From an uncultured Endomicrobiia bacterium (GTDB taxonomy: Bacteria > Elusimicrobiota > Endomicrobiia > DTEH01), in assembly GCA_938074745.1 (NCBI GenBank), contig CALJEJ010000006.1:18043-82042 (forward strand): a stretch of 64,000 bases of DNA, read 5' to 3'. Numbering within the stretch: the first letter of the stretch is position 1; each line of letters opens with the position of its first letter. Below are positions 58,072-64,000 of the stretch, piece after piece. The notes under the pieces were generated by a model. That model saw only the letters and a program-made list of their open reading frames with translations, searched no databases and was not told the origin of the DNA. The position numbers were made by a program, and so were the translations under genes.

Positions 58072-60342
58072 ATGAACCGTTCAATGTTAAAATTTATTTT
58101 TATAGGTTTTATTTTTATTTTCTGTATTAACTCAAATTCTTTTTCACAACAGAAAATTGCTTCTGTAGAATTTGTTGGGTTAAAAAATGTAAAATTGCGT
58201 GATATTAAAGATTGTATAAAAACTAAAAAAGGCGATGTTTACGTTGAAGAAAACTTATCTTCTGATTTACAGAATTTATTAAACACAGGATATTTTGACA
58301 ATGTAGAAGTAGAGTTTGATACAACTACACGAAAAGTTATATTTAATTTTCAAGAACGTCCGTTGATAAAAAAAATAGAATTCCGTGGAAACAAGAAAAT
58401 TTCTACCAGTAAGTTGAAAGAAAATATTTCATTAAAAGAGAAAGAATATTTCGTGGAAAGTAAGCTACAAGAAAGTAAAGATAAAATTTTAGAGTTATAC
58501 GATGAAAAAGGGTATATTTATACAGTAGTAGAAGATGAAAGAATTGTAGATACCGACAACAAAATGCATATAATATTTTTAATTACCGAAGGGAAAAAAA
58601 TTCTTGTTGAAAAAATTGATGTCGTAGGAGTAAAAAAATTTTCTAAATCAAAAATTTTAAAATTGATGGAGACTAAGAAGAAAAAAGTTTATCGTGAGAA
58701 CATATTACGGAAAGATGTAAAGAACATTGAAGATTTTTATAAAAACCATGGATTTTACGATGTTGAAGTTTCTTCTCCTGTAATAAAGTATAATGAAGAT
58801 GAGGAAACTGTAAATATTAGTATAAATATTTTTGAAGGCCCAATATACAAGATTAAGAAAATAGAATTTTATGGTAATTTAGTATATTCTGACAGAGCCC
58901 TATTTAAAGCCATCAGTTTGAAGAAAAACCAAGTTTATAACCAACAAAATGTAGATTTATCTGTTCAATCAATTGCAGAACTTTATGCAGATAAAGGATA
59001 CTTAAAAGTAAATATTGTTCCTGAAATAGAAAAAAAGCCTCAAGAAGGTACAATCAAAATTAAATTTAACATTACTGAAGGTGAGGAAGTTTATATTGAC
59101 AGAATTTATATTGAAGGTTTAACCTCTACAAAAGAAGAAGTTATAAGAAGAGAAATATTGTTAAAAGAGGGTGATATATTTAGTAGTCGTAAACTTCGTC
59201 GCAGTATGCAAAAAATATATAATTTAGGTTTTTTAGACGATGTAAGAGTAGATTTACAGCCGGGTAGTGATATAAACAAAATTGATTTGGAAATAACAGT
59301 AGTGGAAGGTAGGCCTGGGATGTTATCTGCAGGTGCTGGTTATTCTACAGTTGACCAGTTGGTAGGAAATGTTCAGGTATCTCATATGAACCTTTTTGGT
59401 AGAGCACAACGGTTAAACTTAATGTGGGAATTTGGTGCAAGAAGACAGAATTATGAAATTTCATGGACAGAACCATGGTTTTTGAAAAAACCGTTGTCGT
59501 TAAATATTTCGTTATATGATCTCATTAGACAAAGAGATTATGCTAATGAATATAATGCATACAAAGAACAGCGGCAAGGTGTGGAATTACGGTTTGGCCC
59601 ACGGATATCAGACTCGGTAAGTTTGTCATTAGGTTACTCTTATGAAAATGTAAGAATATTTGACTCTAAAGTAAATGAAATTATTGAAGGAAAGAAACTT
59701 ACTTCAAGTTTTATTTCACAGTTAATATATGACACGCGGGACAATATTTTTGATGCTTCACGAGGTATGCGCCATTCAGTATCGTTACAAGTTGCAGGTT
59801 GGGGAGTGTTAAATGGCGATGTTAAATTTTACAAACCAATTTTAAGATTTTCAGTATTTGTTCCTACATTCTGGAAATTTGTATTATCTTTTAATACAAC
59901 TTTGGGATATATAGAAGGAATAGAAGGTTACGATATTAATGATGTGAAATATGAAAAATTTTATGTTGGTGGTGCGGAGACGGTGCGCGGGTATAGATAT
60001 CGCGAGTTAGGGCCAGCAGATGGTGGAAAAGTTATGTGTGTGTTTAACGCAGAATACAAATTTCCGATAGTACAAGAAAACAAAAGAACAATATTACAAG
60101 GAGCATTGTTTTACGATTTAGGTGGTGCATGGAATGAGTTTAAAGATATAGAATTTATTGTTGCAGGAAGTGAACAATGGGAGCAAGGTAGTTGGGATAA
60201 CAGGTTTAAACATTCAGTAGGTGTGGGGTTAAGATTTACCACACCTGTTTTTCCGATACGGCTTGACTGGTCTTGGGCGTTGAACCCGAGGTTAGGTAGA
60301 GATCCGTTACAGTTCTGGTTCACTATAGGCCAGATGTTTTAA
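58072..60342 (+). CDS. bamA: Outer membrane protein assembly factor BamA
   Basis: Signal peptide. Repeated POTRA-like segments (VEFVGLKNVKLRDIKD...; IEFRGNKKIS...; IDVVGVKKFS...). C-terminal beta-barrel ending in an aromatic residue (…WFTIGQMF). Confidence 0.85.
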   Translation: MNRSMLKFIFIGFIFIFCINSNSFSQQKIASVEFVGLKNVKLRDIKDCIKTKKGDVYVEENLSSDLQNLLNTGYFDNVEVEFDTTTRKVIFNFQERPLIKKIEFRGNKKISTSKLKENISLKEKEYFVESKLQESKDKILELYDEKGYIYTVVEDERIVDTDNKMHIIFLITEGKKILVEKIDVVGVKKFSKSKILKLMETKKKKVYRENILRKDVKNIEDFYKNHGFYDVEVSSPVIKYNEDEETVNISINIFEGPIYKIKKIEFYGNLVYSDRALFKAISLKKNQVYNQQNVDLSVQSIAELYADKGYLKVNIVPEIEKKPQEGTIKIKFNITEGEEVYIDRIYIEGLTSTKEEVIRREILLKEGDIFSSRKLRRSMQKIYNLGFLDDVRVDLQPGSDINKIDLEITVVEGRPGMLSAGAGYSTVDQLVGNVQVSHMNLFGRAQRLNLMWEFGARRQNYEISWTEPWFLKKPLSLNISLYDLIRQRDYANEYNAYKEQRQGVELRFGPRISDSVSLSLGYSYENVRIFDSKVNEIIEGKKLTSSFISQLIYDTRDNIFDASRGMRHSVSLQVAGWGVLNGDVKFYKPILRFSVFVPTFWKFVLSFNTTLGYIEGIEGYDINDVKYEKFYVGGAETVRGYRYRELGPADGGKVMCVFNAEYKFPIVQENKRTILQGALFYDLGGAWNEFKDIEFIVAGSEQWEQGSWDNRFKHSVGVGLRFTTPVFPIRLDWSWALNPRLGRDPLQFWFTIGQMF

Positions 60343-60350
60343 TTTTAAAA

Positions 60351-61034
60351 ATGTATAATGGAGACAAGAAAATGAATAAAACTTTTTTAACTATTTTTTG
60401 TTGGATTACAATAATTATTCTCAAAATATCTGCTTTAGAACTTGCTACGAGCGATATTTTTGTTTTCCGTGTAGGTGTTGTAGATATGGATAAAGTCCTA
60501 CAGAATTATCCTAAAGCACAACAATATGAGTATAATTATATTCAAATGAAAAATATTAAACAACAAGAGATATCTTTGATTGAGCAAGAGATAGAGAATT
60601 TAATGAAGAAAAAAATTGAATATACGACAGAATTAGAACAACTAAATATACAATTAAAACAGTTGCAACAAAAACAAGAAGTTTTTGTAAGCACACAAAA
60701 TGTAGAGATTTCGTCTGTTGAACAAAAAGAGTATTCTCAACAGATACAACAAATAAATTCTAATATTGAATCACGACAAAAAGACATCTCTGAAATTGAA
60801 AAAACAATTTCAGAAAAAAGAAATTTGTTAAAAGAAAAACAAAAAGAAATGGAGTCAGAACTGGACAAATATAAAGAAAAATCAGAAGCAGAAATTTTTG
60901 CTTCTTTATACGAAATAATTTCCGAAGTTGCTGTTGAAGAAAAATTAAATATTGTAATAGAAAAGTCAGGGATATTATATGGTATTCCAGAAATAGACAT
61001 TACAGATAAAATAATAAAACATATTCAGAAATAA
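60351..61034 (+). CDS. OmpH/Skp-like periplasmic chaperone
   Basis: Signal peptide, then VGVVDMDKVLQNYPKAQQ and a long coiled coil. Canonical position directly after bamA. An alternative ATG at 60372 is preceded by GGAG. Confidence 0.6.
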   Translation: MYNGDKKMNKTFLTIFCWITIIILKISALELATSDIFVFRVGVVDMDKVLQNYPKAQQYEYNYIQMKNIKQQEISLIEQEIENLMKKKIEYTTELEQLNIQLKQLQQKQEVFVSTQNVEISSVEQKEYSQQIQQINSNIESRQKDISEIEKTISEKRNLLKEKQKEMESELDKYKEKSEAEIFASLYEIISEVAVEEKLNIVIEKSGILYGIPEIDITDKIIKHIQK

Positions 61035-61048
61035 AAATATTGTGTTTG

Positions 61049-61885
61049 ATGACATACAAAACTACAAAAGACAAAGTGAAATTTTCTGGTGTAGGGTTGC
61101 ATACAGGTACTAAAGCAGAAATAGTAATAGAACCTTCATTTGATATCCCGCCACAAATAAAGTTTTTTTTAAATACTTGCAAAATTGTTGCTGAAGTAAA
61201 AAATGTTGTTGATACTTACCGTTGTACTGTTTTAGGTATAAATGGTGAACGAATTTATACTACAGAACATTTATTATCTGCGTTGTACGGTTTAGGAATT
61301 ACGAACATTAACATTTTTGTTTATGGTTGTGAGATACCTTCATTTGACGGTAGTGCGAAGATGTTTGTTGAGAAATTTCTTGACGTGGGATTGCAAGAAA
61401 TTAGTTGCGATGAGAAAATGTTGCCTAAAACTGTTGTGGTAGACAAAGAAATAGAATTTAGTTTAAATCATGCAAAATATAAAGTTTATCCAAATAAAAA
61501 TTTAGAAATTAGTTGTACTATAAACTATCCAAACACTCCTATAGGGACACAAAAAATACAACTTGTTATTACTCCAGAGATTTATACTAAAGAAATAGCG
61601 AATGCTAAAACATTTTGTTTTTTAAAAGATGTAGAGGAAATATGGTCTAAAGGGTTAGGTCGTGGCGGAAGTTTGGAAAATGTAATTGTTGTTGATGAAA
61701 ATAAAATTCTTAATCCAGAAAAAATGTCTTACCAAGACGAATTTGTAAGACATAAACTATTAGATTTTATTGGCGATTTGTCATTGTTAGCTCGAGATAT
61801 CCGTGCTAAGATAGAAACTTTTTCTCCTAGTCATTTCTCTAACATAGAATTTGTAAAATATTTAACAAAGAATTTTGTATTTTAG
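61049..61885 (+). CDS. lpxC: UDP-3-O-acyl-N-acetylglucosamine deacetylase
   Basis: KFSGVGLHTGTKAEIVIEPS N-terminus and the HKLLDFIGDL motif. ATG at 61049; the track starts at a TTG 9 nt upstream. Confidence 0.85.
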   Translation: MTYKTTKDKVKFSGVGLHTGTKAEIVIEPSFDIPPQIKFFLNTCKIVAEVKNVVDTYRCTVLGINGERIYTTEHLLSALYGLGITNINIFVYGCEIPSFDGSAKMFVEKFLDVGLQEISCDEKMLPKTVVVDKEIEFSLNHAKYKVYPNKNLEISCTINYPNTPIGTQKIQLVITPEIYTKEIANAKTFCFLKDVEEIWSKGLGRGGSLENVIVVDENKILNPEKMSYQDEFVRHKLLDFIGDLSLLARDIRAKIETFSPSHFSNIEFVKYLTKNFVF

Positions 61886-61946
61886 TTACATTATTGATAA
61901 TAGTGAAAAAGTTAACAAAACTTTAACTATAAAGGAGGCAGAAAAC

Positions 61947-63155
61947 ATGCCTGATGAGTTAATCTCAAAATATTCACAAATAAAATCTGCTGTAATGAGT
62001 TATAAAAAAGATATAATCAATTTTGCAAAAGATATTATCAGCATACCATCACAAAGCAGAAAAGAAGGTAAACTTGTCCAACGTATTGCAAAAGAAATGA
62101 AGAAAGTTGGGTTTGATAAAGTTATGATTGACAAAATGGGTAATGTAATTGGTCAGATAGGTTTCGGGAAAACAAAAATTATGATTGATGCACATATTGA
62201 TACAGTAGATGTAGGCGATTTGTCACAATGGAAACATAACCCGTTTGTTCCAATAGTAAAAAATGATATTATTTATGGTCGTGGTGCTACTGACCAAAAA
62301 CTTGCAATTTCTTCAATGGTGTATGCAGGAAAAGTTATAAAACAACTGAAGTTAGTTGGCGACTATACTTTGTGGATGGTAGGTTCGTGTCAAGAAGAAG
62401 AGTGTGACGGATTGCCACTTTTACATATTATCCAAAAAGAAAAACTTGTTCCTGATTATGTTATACTTACGGAACCTACAAATTTAAACATTTACCGTGG
62501 ACATAGAGGTAGAATTGAACTAAAAATTGTTGTTAAAGGTAAATCCTGCCATGCTTCAGCACCGGAACGTGGTGATAATGCTGTATGGAAAATGAGTTAT
62601 ATAATTCAGGAAGTTACACAGTTAAACAAAAAACTTAAATTTGACAATTTTTTAGGTAAAGGTAGTGTTGCTGTTACTTATATAGAATGCAAAACTCCGT
62701 CGTTAAATGCTATACCTGATGAAACAACAATATATCTTGACCGCAGATTAACTATAGGTGAAACAAAAGAAGTTGTTTTAAATGAACTTAACTCGTTACC
62801 TTCAGTAAGAAAGTTTAAAGCTAAAGTGGAAATTTTACAATATAAAGAAGTTTCATGGAAAGGACTACAAGTTCAGCAAGAAAAATATTTTCCTACTTGG
62901 GTGTTAGACGAAAAACATAAACTTGTTGAAGAAAGTGTTAGATGTGCAAGTATAGTTCTGGGTAGAAAAGTTAATGTTGGTAAATGGGTTTTTTCTACGA
63001 ACGGTGTTGCAACTGCAGGTCGGTTAGGTATCCCTACAATCGGGTTTGGTCCTGGCAATGAAATATATGCTCATTCAGTTAATGAACAAATGCCAGTGGA
63101 ACATTTGTTAAAATCAGCGATGTTTTATGCATTGTTACCTACCAGATTAACATAA
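61947..63155 (+). CDS. M20 family metallohydrolase (ArgE/DapE-like, probable acetylornithine deacetylase)
   Basis: MIDAHIDTVDVGD...WKHNPF and the GRGATDQK motif of peptidase M20. A strong SD AAGGAGG lies 7 nt before ATG 61947; the track begins at an upstream TTG (61875). Adjacent to argB. Confidence 0.7.
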   Translation: MPDELISKYSQIKSAVMSYKKDIINFAKDIISIPSQSRKEGKLVQRIAKEMKKVGFDKVMIDKMGNVIGQIGFGKTKIMIDAHIDTVDVGDLSQWKHNPFVPIVKNDIIYGRGATDQKLAISSMVYAGKVIKQLKLVGDYTLWMVGSCQEEECDGLPLLHIIQKEKLVPDYVILTEPTNLNIYRGHRGRIELKIVVKGKSCHASAPERGDNAVWKMSYIIQEVTQLNKKLKFDNFLGKGSVAVTYIECKTPSLNAIPDETTIYLDRRLTIGETKEVVLNELNSLPSVRKFKAKVEILQYKEVSWKGLQVQQEKYFPTWVLDEKHKLVEESVRCASIVLGRKVNVGKWVFSTNGVATAGRLGIPTIGFGPGNEIYAHSVNEQMPVEHLLKSAMFYALLPTRLT

Positions 63156-63200
63156 AATTTTTATTACCTTAAACTCAAGCTCAAAAAGGGGAATTTAAAA

Positions 63201-63971
63201 ATGAAAAAAAATATAATTGTTTTAAAACTCAGTGGTAAAATTATTGACCAAAAAAGTGTTTTTTCAAGTATAATACAAAAAATTGTTTTATTGGCCAAAA
63301 GTAATTCTGTTATAATTGTTCATGGTGGTCAAGAACAAATTTCGCGTATGGCAAAAGATATGAATATAGAAGTTAAGTTTGTTAATGGTCAAAGATATAC
63401 TGATGAAAAAATGTTAGAGTTAGTTCAATATATATTTGCAGTTATACGAAATAACGTTGTAAATGAAATTAACAATCAAGGTGGACACAGTATAGGCCTT
63501 TGTGGTGTTGATGGCGATATAATTTTAGCGAAACAAATCCATACTTTAGGTTATGTTGGTAAAGTTACAAAAGTTAATCCAGGATTGTTAAAGTTGCTAA
63601 TATCAAAAAGATATATTCCAGTTATTTCTCCGTTAGGTAAACAAGGTAGTACTTTGTTAAATATAAATGCGGATAACATAGCAGCATCTATTGCAATTTC
63701 GTTGAAAGCTGACAAATTGATTTTTATGAGTGAAATTGGCGGTGTAGTTGATAAAGATGGTAATTTAATATCTACATTACACAGAAATAAAATAAGACAA
63801 CTTATTTCTGACGGAACTGTTACAGGAGGTATGATACCGAAACTTGAGGCGTGTTATTACACGTTATTGCGAGGTGTTAAAGAAATAAATATTACAAACA
63901 GTATTAGAGTAGTGTGTAGAAAAAAAAGATACGATTTTGTTTCTCTTCAAGGCACACGAATTTTAAGATAA
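63201..63971 (+). CDS. argB: Acetylglutamate kinase
   Basis: Amino-acid-kinase motifs IVLKLSGKII, IVHGGQEQI, NGQRYTD, GLCGVDGDII and NINADNIAASIA. 256 aa. Confidence 0.75.
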   Translation: MKKNIIVLKLSGKIIDQKSVFSSIIQKIVLLAKSNSVIIVHGGQEQISRMAKDMNIEVKFVNGQRYTDEKMLELVQYIFAVIRNNVVNEINNQGGHSIGLCGVDGDIILAKQIHTLGYVGKVTKVNPGLLKLLISKRYIPVISPLGKQGSTLLNINADNIAASIAISLKADKLIFMSEIGGVVDKDGNLISTLHRNKIRQLISDGTVTGGMIPKLEACYYTLLRGVKEINITNSIRVVCRKKRYDFVSLQGTRILR

Positions 63972-64000
63972 ATGATAAACAAAATATCAAATTTTGTTAC

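Noticed and set aside
1-64000. CRISPR arrays, transposases, integrases and other mobile-element hallmarks
   Set aside because: No regularly spaced identical repeats, no DDE/tyrosine-recombinase-like ORFs, and the single tRNA is not flanked by direct repeats. The window looks like core chromosome plus one lineage-specific envelope operon.

Overview
This AT-rich window is a contiguous chromosomal segment from a low-GC, LPS-containing (diderm) bacterium. BamA, Skp and LpxC are present. Nearly every gene is on the + strand and tightly packed. No transposase, integrase, CRISPR array or prophage gene was recognised.

Most of the window is recognisable housekeeping:
- a partial rarA and a ZapA-like pair on the - strand at the 5' end
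- clpB
- cca, an M50 protease, trpS and scpA/scpB
- panC and trxA on the - strand
- ctpA and tsaD
- a dcw cluster mraZ-rsmH-ftsL-ftsI-murE-murF-mraY-murD-ftsW-murG that stops after murG
- an orphan LUD-domain gene, then pyrR-pyrB-pyrC-pyrK, then alaS
- tRNA-Arg(CCG) without an encoded CCA
- bamA-skp-lpxC
- an argE-like M20 hydrolase and argB

The unusual part is a roughly 21 kb co-directional block from 4018 to 25367. A Bat/aerotolerance-like module has no MoxR ATPase in the window. It comprises a DUF58 protein, two membrane-anchored vWA proteins (the second carrying a GATase-like ThuA/DUF1355-type domain) and a DUF4159-like protein. That module is translationally coupled, through ATGA start/stop overlaps, to four GT-C fold membrane glycosyltransferases. 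Three of these are tandem paralogs of DUF2723, which is TMEM260-like protein O-mannosyltransferase-like, each with C-terminal TPR repeats. The fourth is a GT39/PMT-like protein. Downstream follow a GT28 (MGDG-synthase/UgtP-like) glycosyltransferase, a 1102-aa membrane protein with a long coiled coil, a signal-anchored TPR gluzincin (HEXXH...EGxxRY) and a 493-aa protein of unknown family. I interpret this as a candidate envelope protein O-glycosylation or remodelling system of undescribed composition.

A second, smaller block at 29772-36157 may be functionally related. It holds a sugar-phosphate-isomerase-like TIM barrel, a GalT-like HIT protein, a HEAT-repeat protein, a TlpA-like thioredoxin and a polytopic membrane protein.

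The supplied ORF track over-extends several N-termini with TTG/GTG starts. I give ATG starts where a Shine-Dalgarno sequence supports them.
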